Source: a virus
Length of the DNA: 64,000 bases
Direction: 5' to 3' (one strand)
IMG/VR virus record: IMGVR_UViG_3300042923_001092
Span: 39,092-103,091 of that record
Of the stretch, positions 45,585 to 54,477 are shown piece by piece (positions within the stretch are counted from its first letter, which is position 1; each line of letters opens with the position of its first letter). Position numbers and translations under genes: made by a program. The notes below the pieces were generated by a model that saw nothing but the letters and a program-made list of their open reading frames with translations, was not told the origin of the DNA and ran no database searches.

Positions 45585-46232
45585 ATGGCTAATACTAAAG
45601 CAACAAATAAAAGTAATAAAGCTAAAGCAAATACCAATCAGAAAAAGCAAGAATCTAAAGAAGTAATTAAACCTGCAGATCAATCTTTAGAATCTAAAGA
45701 GGTTGTAGAAGAAGTTACAAAAGAGGTTACAGAAGTTAAAGAAGAAATTGTAGAAGAAAAGAAAGATACTGAGACTAAAACTGATAACAAAAAATTAACA
45801 GAAGAAGAAAAAGAGAAAGTCAAAAAGGAAGCAGAAGCTGCTCAAAAACTATATGATGCTATTCTTTTGGAAATTGAAAAAATTATTCCAAAAGATAAGT
45901 TTAAAAGCAAAACAAATAATTCTGGAGTAACATTCTTTGGTACTGAAGGTACTAGGGCATTTAAAGTAGTAAAAGCAAAGAAAGGTGTTAAGCTTGAACT
46001 TAATGTTCCGGTATCTAAAGTTGAAAACTTAACAATATTAACAGAAAAAGAGGCTTCTGAAAAGCATATGGGAACTTGTAGATGGATTTATATTGGAGAT
46101 GATATCAAAACTATAAAAAATCTAATAAAGGAAGCTGTTGAAAAATACGAACCTAAAAAACGTTCTGATTCTAAAGAAGAAAAGGATAAAAGGGAAGCTA
46201 AAGAAAAAGAAACTAAAGAAAGTAAAGAATAA
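45585..46232 (+). CDS. Charged protein with domain paralogous to the ORF 12210 C-terminus
   Basis: SGVTF...AFKVVKAKKGVKLELN...LTILTEKEASEKHMGT aligns with TGITY...ILKAVKTGKVLVVEFN...LTKYTEEQAKQKHLGT. Confidence 0.75.
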   Translation: MANTKATNKSNKAKANTNQKKQESKEVIKPADQSLESKEVVEEVTKEVTEVKEEIVEEKKDTETKTDNKKLTEEEKEKVKKEAEAAQKLYDAILLEIEKIIPKDKFKSKTNNSGVTFFGTEGTRAFKVVKAKKGVKLELNVPVSKVENLTILTEKEASEKHMGTCRWIYIGDDIKTIKNLIKEAVEKYEPKKRSDSKEEKDKREAKEKETKESKE

Positions 46233-46238
46233 ATATAA

Positions 46239-46336
46239 GGGCTGTGTTATCGAGGAGCATTCCTCAATTGTAAACATTCAATTTTTCTTCTTAAAGTCCA
46301 AGAGAATTTGGTCAATGCTCTTGGATAACACAGCCC
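46239..46336 (+). ncRNA. Candidate structured RNA (about 23-bp closing stem, branched interior)
   Basis: GGGCTGTGTTATC / GATAACACAGCCC plus GAGCATT / AATGCTC; followed by a terminator. Confidence 0.45.
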
Positions 46337-46343
46337 AAATTTT

Positions 46344-46368
46344 AAGGTCTATTTAATGGACCTTTTTA
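46344..46368 (+). terminator. Rho-independent terminator
   Basis: AAGGTC-N9-GACCTT-TTT. Confidence 0.65.
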
Positions 46369-46375
46369 TTTTTGA

Positions 46376-46405
46376 GTTAATTTGTATTTTCTATATGATA
46401 TAATA
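46376..46405 (+). promoter_or_regulatory. Class II (SigF-like) promoter
   Basis: GTTAA-N15-TGATATAATA. Confidence 0.75.
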
Positions 46406-46427
46406 TAAAATAGGTGATTAAAAGTAT

Positions 46428-46456
46428 TTTACAATTTGAGAATAGAATGGTATAAT
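46428..46456 (+). promoter_or_regulatory. sigmaA-type promoter (identical to the one at 56456 over 39 bp)
   Basis: TTTACA-N17-TATAAT with TG at -15/-14. Confidence 0.8.
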
Positions 46457-46486
46457 TTATATATAAACTTAAGGAGGAATTTAAAA

Positions 46487-46882
46487 TTGAGTGATGTTTT
46501 AAAAGAAACATTCGATAATTTATTTAATAATCTTGATACTTATGAAGTAATGCCTAAAATGGTAGAAAAAGTAACAAGTGATGTTATTCATTCTGAATTT
46601 GATGGAATGAAAGAACATAGTATTTGTTACCATATATCCGGAATGGTAGATATAATTTTAGCTGCTAAACAGTCATTAAGTTTATTAGTTATAGAATCAA
46701 AAATATTAGATATAGATTTAGAATCCGAAATGGATGCAGAACAGTATCTAAAATTAACAAAACTGATTGATGCATTTAAAAAGAATGATTGCATTTGTGA
46801 AAATGTAGAATCAAAAGAAATTTCAAATGGTTATTTCGAAGTAAGATGTAAAGACTGTGGCCGAACTTGGGTTGATGGTTGA
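46487..46882 (+). CDS. Hypothetical protein with C-terminal Cys motif (start TTG 46487)
   Basis: RBS AAGGAGG; CIC...CKDC. Confidence 0.6.
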   Translation: MSDVLKETFDNLFNNLDTYEVMPKMVEKVTSDVIHSEFDGMKEHSICYHISGMVDIILAAKQSLSLLVIESKILDIDLESEMDAEQYLKLTKLIDAFKKNDCICENVESKEISNGYFEVRCKDCGRTWVDG

Positions 46883-46910
46883 ACATAGAAAAAATAATAG
46901 GAGGTATAAG

Positions 46911-47360
46911 ATGGTAAAGAAAATTTTAATTGCACCTCATCCAATCCTTAAAAAAGTATGCGAAGAAGTACAGGATTTTAATGAGGAAGTAAAAACCGAA
47001 GCATTAGATTTAGAGGAAACATTAAAAGCTAACTTAAGAAAAGCAGTAGGACTTGCAGCCAGTCAAATAGGTTATATACATAGAATCATAGCATTTATGG
47101 ATCTTAAAGATGGAAATGTAATATCTATGATTAATCCGGTAATAACTTATTATTCTAAAGATGATATGATTCATGAATTTGAAGCCTGTGTGAGTTATCC
47201 AGGCAAGAGGAAAAAGATATATAGAGCTAAAGAAATTGTAGTTGAAGGATATTCTCATTCTGGTGTTCCAATCAAATATTCAATGGAAGATTTACAGGCC
47301 AGGATAATACAGCATGAGGTTGATCATTTAAACGGCAAATGTAGAGTGTCTATGAGATAA
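46911..47360 (+). CDS. def: Peptide deformylase
   Basis: VGLAASQIG, EACVSYP, ARIIQHEVDHLNG. Confidence 0.9.
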   Translation: MVKKILIAPHPILKKVCEEVQDFNEEVKTEALDLEETLKANLRKAVGLAASQIGYIHRIIAFMDLKDGNVISMINPVITYYSKDDMIHEFEACVSYPGKRKKIYRAKEIVVEGYSHSGVPIKYSMEDLQARIIQHEVDHLNGKCRVSMR

Positions 47361-47419
47361 GGAGGCAGCAATGAGAGTAAGTGGTAGAATGAAGAAAATT
47401 AAAAAGGAGGAGAAAAAGA

Positions 47420-47710
47420 ATGCCAAGATTTGAAAAGAAAAATCGCAATGAGCCTACTGTACAAGAGCTTAAAGATTTATTTGAAAGAATGATTGATGAT
47501 GGTATGGGAGATCATACAGTAAGACTATGGCATCAACCAAGCTGGCCATTTTTATTAAGTATTGGTAAAGTAGCTACAGTTTATGAAGAAGAGTTGGATG
47601 AAGATGATCCAGAGTATGATGAAAATGCAAATAAGTTTGTTTATCTTTGTGAAGGAAGACAGTTATGCTACGGACCTAAAAAAGATGAACTTGAAGAATA
47701 TGGGGGTTGA
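47420..47710 (+). CDS. Hypothetical acidic protein
   Basis: RBS AAGGAGG. Confidence 0.65.
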   Translation: MPRFEKKNRNEPTVQELKDLFERMIDDGMGDHTVRLWHQPSWPFLLSIGKVATVYEEELDEDDPEYDENANKFVYLCEGRQLCYGPKKDELEEYGG

Positions 47711-47973
47711 TTATGCAAAAAATCAAAAAACAAACTATGTCACAGCCAGTACAAGTAGCTCAACAAAAGAAATCGTCAGCAATCAATAGATCTGAAAGGC
47801 CTACTGCTAAATCAAGTGGCTCTCTTTCTGGTTTGATTGATAACGCAAAGAAAGCTTTAAAAAAGGCCGGTTTCAAGGCACAAGCTGATGAAATGGAAGA
47901 CAGGTGCTTAGATTCTGGAGACTATGATGAAGTGCTTTCTATCTTAAATGAATATGTAATTATTGATGATTAA
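47707..47973 (+). CDS. Hypothetical phage protein
   Basis: Coupled ORF followed by a terminator. Confidence 0.6.
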   Translation: MIMQKIKKQTMSQPVQVAQQKKSSAINRSERPTAKSSGSLSGLIDNAKKALKKAGFKAQADEMEDRCLDSGDYDEVLSILNEYVIIDD

Positions 47974-47979
47974 TAATCT

Positions 47980-48010
47980 AAGGATTGGCTAACAACCAAT
48001 CCTTTCTTTT
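47980..48010 (+). terminator. Rho-independent terminator
   Basis: AAGGATTGG-CTAACAA-CCAATCCTT-TCTTTT. Confidence 0.8.
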
Positions 48011-48020
48011 TAAAAAGTAA

Positions 48021-48049
48021 TTTACAAAATGATTCTATTATATTATAAT
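48021..48049 (+). promoter_or_regulatory. sigmaA-type promoter
   Basis: TTTACA-N17-TATAAT. Confidence 0.8.
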
Positions 48050-48085
48050 TATATTATAAACAAAGGAAAGGAAAGGTATAAGATA

Positions 48086-48724
48086 ATGGGAAATTACGAA
48101 GCAGTTATTTTTAAAAACAATCAAGTAAGAATGGTAGGGGAGGTGATATCTGATTTTAGTTATAGTCATGTAACATTTGGTGAAGGTTTTTATGTAGTTA
48201 ATGTAGCCGTTGAAAGATTAAGTACATATGTGGATATTATACCGGTTATGGTATCTGAGCGGTTAGTAGATATAAAAAATGACTTTAAAGGTCTTTGGGT
48301 AGAAATTACCGGACAGTTTAGATCTTACAGTAACCATGAAGATGGTAAAAATAAGTTAGTTCTTTCAGTATTTGCCAGAGAGTTTAAAGAGGCGGCTGAG
48401 GAGCTTAAAGTTGCTAATTCAATTTTTATAGATGGGTTTGTCTGCAAGCCTCCTATTTATAGAAAGACTCCTCTTGGAAGAGAAATTTCTGACTTGTTAA
48501 TTGCGGTTAACAGGCCTTATGGTAAAAGTGATTATATTCCATGTGTCTGCTGGGGAAGAGATGCAAGATTTGCGGAAAATCTTATAGTTGGTGACAGGAT
48601 AGCAGTAAATGGAAGAATCCAATGCAGAGAATATATTAAAAAACTTGAGAATGACATTGCAGAAACAAGAATAGCTTATGAAGTATCAGCGGCTACTATT
48701 GCATATTCTGTTGGAGAGGAGTAA
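48086..48724 (+). CDS. ssb: Clostridial-type tandem-OB single-stranded DNA-binding protein
   Basis: FSYSH..FGEGFY...V.RLS..VDIIP; RKTPLGREISDLLIAVNRPYGKSDYIPC.CWGR. Confidence 0.88.
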   Translation: MGNYEAVIFKNNQVRMVGEVISDFSYSHVTFGEGFYVVNVAVERLSTYVDIIPVMVSERLVDIKNDFKGLWVEITGQFRSYSNHEDGKNKLVLSVFAREFKEAAEELKVANSIFIDGFVCKPPIYRKTPLGREISDLLIAVNRPYGKSDYIPCVCWGRDARFAENLIVGDRIAVNGRIQCREYIKKLENDIAETRIAYEVSAATIAYSVGEE

Positions 48725-49142
48725 CATGGAAGGTGATTTTCTTTGGGAGCAATGGTGTATTAAAAACAATCTCCCTAAAACTTATGAAGAAATGAAAAAG
48801 TCTTATTGTAATATATCTACTGAACTTGCTGATGAAGTTTGGGATAGCCAGTTAGATAAATATGCAAGAGATGGTTCTAAAAAAATAATAAGGTATTGTG
48901 ATTCTGATCATCTTGCTTTTGTTTATGATTTATATAAAACTACAGAAAAGGCTGGAATATCTGTAATCACAATAGACGATAAAAATCTTTGCAAGTATTT
49001 TGTCGTTGCAACTCTAAATAATGAGAGTTTTGTAATCAACATTACAGATATGGATGCAATCGATAAACCAAGGTTTATAGCTGGTGTATTATCAAATAAT
49101 TTTACCGGAATTGATGGCATAGAAATTTATAAAAAGATATAG
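48678..49142 (+). CDS. Hypothetical protein (start probably ATG 48726)
   Basis: RBS GAGAGG upstream of 48726. Confidence 0.55.
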   Translation: MKYQRLLLHILLERSNMEGDFLWEQWCIKNNLPKTYEEMKKSYCNISTELADEVWDSQLDKYARDGSKKIIRYCDSDHLAFVYDLYKTTEKAGISVITIDDKNLCKYFVVATLNNESFVINITDMDAIDKPRFIAGVLSNNFTGIDGIEIYKKI

Positions 49143-49304
49143 GAGGGATTATGGAAGTTTTATTAGCAATATTTTTCGCATTCATAATAGCTTTAGTATT
49201 TGGATATATTGCTAGTAGCATCGCAAGAGTATGGGGTCATATTAAATCTAGTGACCCCGACGGTGCTTCTGATGAATATATTGAATAATTAATGCATTGC
49301 AGGA

Positions 49305-49334
49305 GTTAATTTTAATTGTCTTGTTAATATAATA
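49305..49334 (+). promoter_or_regulatory. Class II (SigF-like) promoter
   Basis: GTTAA-N15-TAATATAATA. Confidence 0.65.
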
Positions 49335-49351
49335 ATATTTAGGAGGATAAA

Positions 49352-50368
49352 ATGTCGAAAAGAATAGTAGAAGGTAGTATCTGTCAGAGAGGACAAGTAT
49401 GGTGGATACCTGAAAATGAAAACGAAACAAGGAATGCTATAAATAATCCAAATAATAGTGTTACAGCAAAATCAAGAACATATCTTATAGTTTCTTGTAA
49501 AGAAAATAATGAAATGTCAACTACTATAAATTGTGTAGTGGTATCAACAAAAGCATTTGATTATTATCCTATGCATGTACCTTTTGAGTTTGGTGGTGTT
49601 CAGCAGATGGTACAATGTGAGCAGATAAGAACATTTGATATAAGAGAATTTACAAGATTAAAAGCATATTATAAATTCTCTTTAACACAAGCTTTAATGG
49701 ATAGAGTTAATATTGCATTAATCGGTCAGCTTGAACTAAATAATTGCATCCCCGGTTATTCATCAATTATGAGCATGATCGAAAATATAGCTAAGATTAA
49801 AGCTGAGGAAATGAAGAATATGTACAGACAAGCAACTGAAGATGACGTTGCTGATCTTGCTGCTAAGGTTGAATCGATGCTTAAACCATCTGCAAATGAT
49901 ATTGTCAAAAAACCAGAAACCAAACCAGATGCTGTTTATGCTTCAAATAGCAGCAATAAAAGTGCTATCGAATATTCCAATTCAAAACATCAAACTAAGT
50001 CTGTATCAGGGTCTAACAATGTAACAAACAGGCAAAATCAGGTTGATAAGTTTAATAACAAATATGATAAGTCAAATAATGGAAATATCCAAAGCAGAGG
50101 TTTTAACACTGTTTTGCCTCCCGGATTTAAGCTGGAACCAGAAACAAAAACAGTAGAAACTAAAAAGCCTGAATCTATCCAAAAACAAACAGAAGAGAAA
50201 AAAGTTTCTAAACCTAATGGGAGAAATAGTTGGGATGAAAAAACCGTCAAACAATTCTTGGCAGACTGCGAAAAACTTTCTCCAGAAGAAATAGCTAGTA
50301 CTTATAACTTAAAAGATAAAAAGACTGTATATCAATACAAGTATAAGTTTCAGCAGTTACAATTCTAG
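49352..50368 (+). CDS. PemK/MazF-fold domain fused to low-complexity linker and C-terminal HTH-like segment
   Basis: RGQVWW, K.RTYLIVS, VVVST, CEQIRTFD; tail WD...V.QFL..C..LSPEEIA..YNL..KKTVYQY. Confidence 0.65.
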   Translation: MSKRIVEGSICQRGQVWWIPENENETRNAINNPNNSVTAKSRTYLIVSCKENNEMSTTINCVVVSTKAFDYYPMHVPFEFGGVQQMVQCEQIRTFDIREFTRLKAYYKFSLTQALMDRVNIALIGQLELNNCIPGYSSIMSMIENIAKIKAEEMKNMYRQATEDDVADLAAKVESMLKPSANDIVKKPETKPDAVYASNSSNKSAIEYSNSKHQTKSVSGSNNVTNRQNQVDKFNNKYDKSNNGNIQSRGFNTVLPPGFKLEPETKTVETKKPESIQKQTEEKKVSKPNGRNSWDEKTVKQFLADCEKLSPEEIASTYNLKDKKTVYQYKYKFQQLQF

Positions 50369-50385
50369 CAAAGGAGGAGGTTAAG

Positions 50386-51105
50386 ATGAACCTCAGTCTA
50401 CCAAAGGACAAACAACATCTAGTTATTAACAATATGCAACTAGTTTATCATATTGCAAGAAAGAATATTAAACCTCCACAAGATGAGTTTGAAGATTATG
50501 TTCAGGAGGGTATGATTGGTTTAATAAAAAGCGCTATAAGATTTGATGAATCGAGAGGTTATAGCTTCAGTACATATGCTTTTCCAGTAATTATAGGAGC
50601 TATGAAAAGATACAGAAGAGATAATACAATGGTAAGTATGCCAAGGAATCATTATTCAGATTATATTAGGATTGTTACTTATAAAAATTCTCATAAAGAT
50701 GCACAAAAAGATGAAATAATTAAAGAACTTGGTTTAACAACATATAAATTTAAAGCAGCAATGCAATATTTTGACTGTGACAGTCTTGATAGAAATGTGA
50801 GCGATGATCTTAATAGTCCTGTAAGCATTGTTGATACAATATCAGGAGAAGATGCATATGAAGCTCTTCACGGGATGCTAGTTGAAGAAAGTATTATAGA
50901 GATATTAGAAAAAACTTTAAAATTTGCTTCAAAACAGCACAGAGCAGTATATGAAGAATTTTTCTATCCATTACTATTTGGAGAAAAGGTTTCTCAGATG
51001 GACATAGGAGCCAAATATGGAATATCCCAAGTTCAAGTCTCTAGAATAATTAATAAATATAATGAACTGCTTAAACAACATCTTGTATTTAATGAAATTT
51101 TATAA
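50386..51105 (+). CDS. SigF/SigG/SigB-like sigma factor
   Basis: NMQLVYHIARK, EDYVQEGMIGLIKSAIRFD.SRGYSFSTYA, SQMDIG.KYGISQVQVSRII. Confidence 0.9.
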   Translation: MNLSLPKDKQHLVINNMQLVYHIARKNIKPPQDEFEDYVQEGMIGLIKSAIRFDESRGYSFSTYAFPVIIGAMKRYRRDNTMVSMPRNHYSDYIRIVTYKNSHKDAQKDEIIKELGLTTYKFKAAMQYFDCDSLDRNVSDDLNSPVSIVDTISGEDAYEALHGMLVEESIIEILEKTLKFASKQHRAVYEEFFYPLLFGEKVSQMDIGAKYGISQVQVSRIINKYNELLKQHLVFNEIL

Positions 51106-51451
51106 GGAGGCGGGTATGAAATTATTTAAGATTTTATATCTAAAAAAATGGTCTAAACCATATAAAACAGATATGTATATGTGGAAAAGTTTCTTTATAT
51201 TAAAAAAGAAAGACAAAACTCCAAAGATAAATAGTAAGAAATATAAGAAATTCGAGAAACAGTTAACAAAATATGGATACGTTCTTGAACCAGTTATTGT
51301 TTCTCGCGAATCATTTTCATCAAGATATGTAATAAGAAATAATGTTGAAATTTATCATCTTCTTGCTAGTAAGGGCTTTGCAAAAATACCTATAAAAATA
51401 AAGAATAAAGAAAGGAATTCAAAATATGATCGAATCTATTCAGTTTATTAA
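51062..51451 (+). CDS. Hypothetical basic protein (start probably ATG 51116)
   Basis: RBS AAGGAGG upstream of 51116. Confidence 0.55.
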   Translation: MNCLNNILYLMKFYKEAGMKLFKILYLKKWSKPYKTDMYMWKSFFILKKKDKTPKINSKKYKKFEKQLTKYGYVLEPVIVSRESFSSRYVIRNNVEIYHLLASKGFAKIPIKIKNKERNSKYDRIYSVY

Positions 51452-51749
51452 TTTCAAGGATAAAATAGAAGGTAAAGAAGGTATTGTAATTCTTGGAGCA
51501 GGAGGAGAATTACAAGAATGGGTTTCAGGTATTTGTTCCTTATTAAATGAGTCAGGAGTGACTAATGAAACTAATGAAGATCTCATTTTTCCGGAACAAT
51601 ACAAGCTTATTACAACCGGTGGCAGAACTGATCTTGCATTAGTAGTAAATTTTGATTTAGTTAGCGCTGGATTAGCAATATGGAGAATTAAATTTGGTGA
51701 TTGTAGTTGGATATCTGATTACATCACAAATTATGCAAAACATCATTAA
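51426..51749 (+). CDS. Hypothetical protein
   Basis: Coupled ORF. Confidence 0.6.
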   Translation: MIESIQFINFKDKIEGKEGIVILGAGGELQEWVSGICSLLNESGVTNETNEDLIFPEQYKLITTGGRTDLALVVNFDLVSAGLAIWRIKFGDCSWISDYITNYAKHH

Positions 51750-51861
51750 GGAGGTAATTATGCTTTGGCAATGGACACATCCTGACTTTACTTATAGTCA
51801 TTCTTATGTATATTCGTTGTTATCTATGAAAACAAAATTTATAAAGGAAGGATATGATAAA

Positions 51862-52065
51862 ATGTATACTGTTAAAAATTTTAAAACTAAAAAAGCACTC
51901 AAAGAGGCTGTAGCATCTGGTGAAGAGGTTACGTTATTTGCACCAGGTCTTGGAACTCCAAAAGAAAATGGAACTGAACATGTTGAAGGCCCTCATTATC
52001 CGGCAGCACATTCTTGGTATGCTGAAGTTGAAGTAAAAAATGGAAAGGTTATAAAGGTTAAATAA
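51862..52065 (+). CDS. Small hypothetical phage protein (start ATG 51862)
   Basis: RBS AAGGA; MYTVKNFKTKKALKEAV...GPHYP. Confidence 0.6.
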   Translation: MYTVKNFKTKKALKEAVASGEEVTLFAPGLGTPKENGTEHVEGPHYPAAHSWYAEVEVKNGKVIKVK

Positions 52066-52422
52066 ATGAAAAATGTAGGAAGACCTAGAAGATCTAAGTT
52101 CGATCCCTACATAGAAGAGATATCAGATCTGTTAAAGACTGGATTAAGTATTAATAAAGTTGCAGATCTGATATCAATTTATTTTGACGATCCAGTAGAC
52201 ATGAGTGCACTTTATGCTTTTGCTTATAGTAGAGGTTTGGATCGTAGAGTAACGCAGGGTGGAACTAATAAAAATTATTCAATACCAAATTGTAATAAAT
52301 GTAAAGAATGTATCAAAGTGCTTAATACACATGATAGTGAAATGTTATTATGCTTTAAGGCTAAAAGATTGATTAGTAAAACATGTAAAACAAGTCCAAT
52401 GTGGTGTGATAAAAGAAAATAA
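52066..52422 (+). CDS. HTH plus Cys-cluster protein
   Basis: GRPRRSK...GLSINKVADLI; CNKCKEC...C...C. Confidence 0.5.
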   Translation: MKNVGRPRRSKFDPYIEEISDLLKTGLSINKVADLISIYFDDPVDMSALYAFAYSRGLDRRVTQGGTNKNYSIPNCNKCKECIKVLNTHDSEMLLCFKAKRLISKTCKTSPMWCDKRK

Positions 52423-52434
52423 ACTTAACAATTC

Positions 52435-52474
52435 CTAAATTCTATAGGATTTCGTCTTGTCTTATAGAATTTAG
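52435..52474. terminator. Intergenic stem-loop
   Basis: CTAAATTCTATAGGA / TCTTATAGAATTTAG 15-bp stem. Confidence 0.5.
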
Positions 52475-52675
52475 TTTATATAGATAATTAAGATAAGGAG
52501 GTTAAAATGAATGTATTAGGAATTATATTAATTATTCTATTTTTTTTAATGATGTTTGTCTATTTATTTGGAGCTGTTGGAGAAAAAGATCATGAATTAA
52601 GAAGACATTATATAATGGCGACATTAGTAACTGCAGTTATAATACTTATAATCTATTTTTTAGGAGGAAATTAAC

Positions 52676-53050
52676 ATGGATGGTAATACATACCAAGCAT
52701 TAGCAATGAGAACAAATGATGGTAAAGCAGCAGAAAGGCTAAATGCTTACTTAGATAGTAGTAATTTTACTGATCCTGCCGGAATATTAAATGCAGCTCT
52801 TGGGTTAACTGGAGAAGTTGGTGAGCTTGAAGATATGATAAAGAAACATATCTTTCATCAAAAGCCTATTGACGAAGATCATGTAAAAAGAGAGATCGGA
52901 GATATTTGTTGGTACATTGCTATGGTATGCGAGTCTGCAGGATATGATTTAGATGAGATTATGCAGATGAATGTTGACAAACTGAGGGCAAGATATCCAG
53001 AGGGCTTTGACGTAGTTAGAGCCAATAACAGGGCTACTACTGATAATTAA
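52676..53050 (+). CDS. MazG-like NTP pyrophosphohydrolase
   Basis: LGLTGEVGELEDMIKK, REIGDICWY, NVDKLRARYPEGF. Confidence 0.9.
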   Translation: MDGNTYQALAMRTNDGKAAERLNAYLDSSNFTDPAGILNAALGLTGEVGELEDMIKKHIFHQKPIDEDHVKREIGDICWYIAMVCESAGYDLDEIMQMNVDKLRARYPEGFDVVRANNRATTDN

Positions 53051-53173
53051 TTTAGACTGTCAATAGGGCGTTTTAATTTTTAAACGTAAATTAATATTAC
53101 GAATATATTTGAGTTGCTTTAGACAGTCTCTAAAAAGGCTCAAATATATTCTAAATTAATCAGAGGAGGTTAT

Positions 53174-53494
53174 ATGGAAAAATATATTTTTGATTATAAG
53201 TCTAAGTCGCAGATATTATTCGAACATCCTTTAGATATTATAGTAGTTATAGAAGATTTAGTAAAAGATATTGGTAATTATAATGAAATTGCTGATTATC
53301 TTGATACCATCTACATACACGGTTTAACTTTATTAGAAATGACCTATGTATCCGGAGAAATTGCTAAGTTTCTTTCTCAAAAGAAAGTATCTACAGCAAG
53401 GATGCAATATATTTTGGAAGATAAATATAAAGATAAGGCAAAGTTAGAAAGTAATAATTATCAAAGTCTTAACCAAAAGTATTTTACAAATTGA
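53174..53494 (+). CDS. Hypothetical protein
   Basis: RBS GAGGAGG. Confidence 0.6.
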   Translation: MEKYIFDYKSKSQILFEHPLDIIVVIEDLVKDIGNYNEIADYLDTIYIHGLTLLEMTYVSGEIAKFLSQKKVSTARMQYILEDKYKDKAKLESNNYQSLNQKYFTN

Positions 53495-53511
53495 AAATAG
53501 AGTGATATAAT
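53483..53511 (+). promoter_or_regulatory. sigmaA-type promoter
   Basis: TTTACA-N17-TATAAT with TG. Confidence 0.8.
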
Positions 53512-53543
53512 TTTATTATAAACAAAGGAAAGGAGATAATATT

Positions 53544-53900
53544 ATGACTAAAAAAGCATATGAAGAAATTATGAAATTGCTTGAAAAAACATGCGGTTTT
53601 GATAATCTTATTATTATATATGATAAAATTATCAATTACTATGGTTCAACTGACATTGATGAGACTGGTAAGTTTATTAATGCTAAATTAAAACTTAATC
53701 AAAAAAATGATTTAAAAGAATTTAACGAATATGAAATGACTATAATGTATGATGGTGGTTATTTGTATTCGGTAATGAGCTGTGAATTCGGTTATCAGTC
53801 AAAAGATAAATTTATAGATAAGCTTGATTTTATTTTAAGAAAATATAATCTTTGCTATGAAGAATATGATAATGTTTCGTTAGTTGTTTGTAAGAATTAG
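53544..53900 (+). CDS. Hypothetical early protein
   Basis: RBS, downstream of promoter. Confidence 0.6.
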   Translation: MTKKAYEEIMKLLEKTCGFDNLIIIYDKIINYYGSTDIDETGKFINAKLKLNQKNDLKEFNEYEMTIMYDGGYLYSVMSCEFGYQSKDKFIDKLDFILRKYNLCYEEYDNVSLVVCKN

Positions 53901-53911
53901 GAGGTTAATAT

Positions 53912-54337
53912 ATGACACCACATGATAAGGAAAAGATGCTTTTAAAAGCTAAAAATGTAAAGGCATGCGATTTAGTTTTAGATACTTTAGATCTTGATGA
54001 ATCTAAAGAAATTATCAAATTACTTTTATCAAGAATAAATTTATTTAATATTGCTAATGATATTTCAAACAAAAGAGTAGCATTAAATCATACTGCTATT
54101 GAATTGGAAGGACTTCCATATCCTGAAGAAATTATGGGACTAGTAAGGCAGGCATTAGGAGTCCCTGAAGATGATGACTCTAAAGATGAAAGAATTAAAA
54201 AAATGACAAAACACAATGTTTTTAGAAAAATACTTCAATGGGAAGGGATTGTAGGATATGAGTTTTATATTAAATCTTGGATAGAACAGATTTGGAATAT
54301 CAGTTTTGACAGTCTGGAGGTATCTGATGAAAGGTAA
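53912..54337 (+). CDS. Hypothetical protein
   Basis: RBS AGGAGG. Confidence 0.6.
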   Translation: MTPHDKEKMLLKAKNVKACDLVLDTLDLDESKEIIKLLLSRINLFNIANDISNKRVALNHTAIELEGLPYPEEIMGLVRQALGVPEDDDSKDERIKKMTKHNVFRKILQWEGIVGYEFYIKSWIEQIWNISFDSLEVSDER

Positions 54338-54477
54338 AGCGGATGAGCCAGTAAAAGGTATTAGAGAATGTAAAGTTTGTGGAATGCCTATTTTAGCTAG
54401 AGGTAATACTCAGTATTGCGATAAGCATGGAGATAGTAGAAGAAAGAGCAGGAAAGCTGCAAGGGAGGCTAAGAAAA

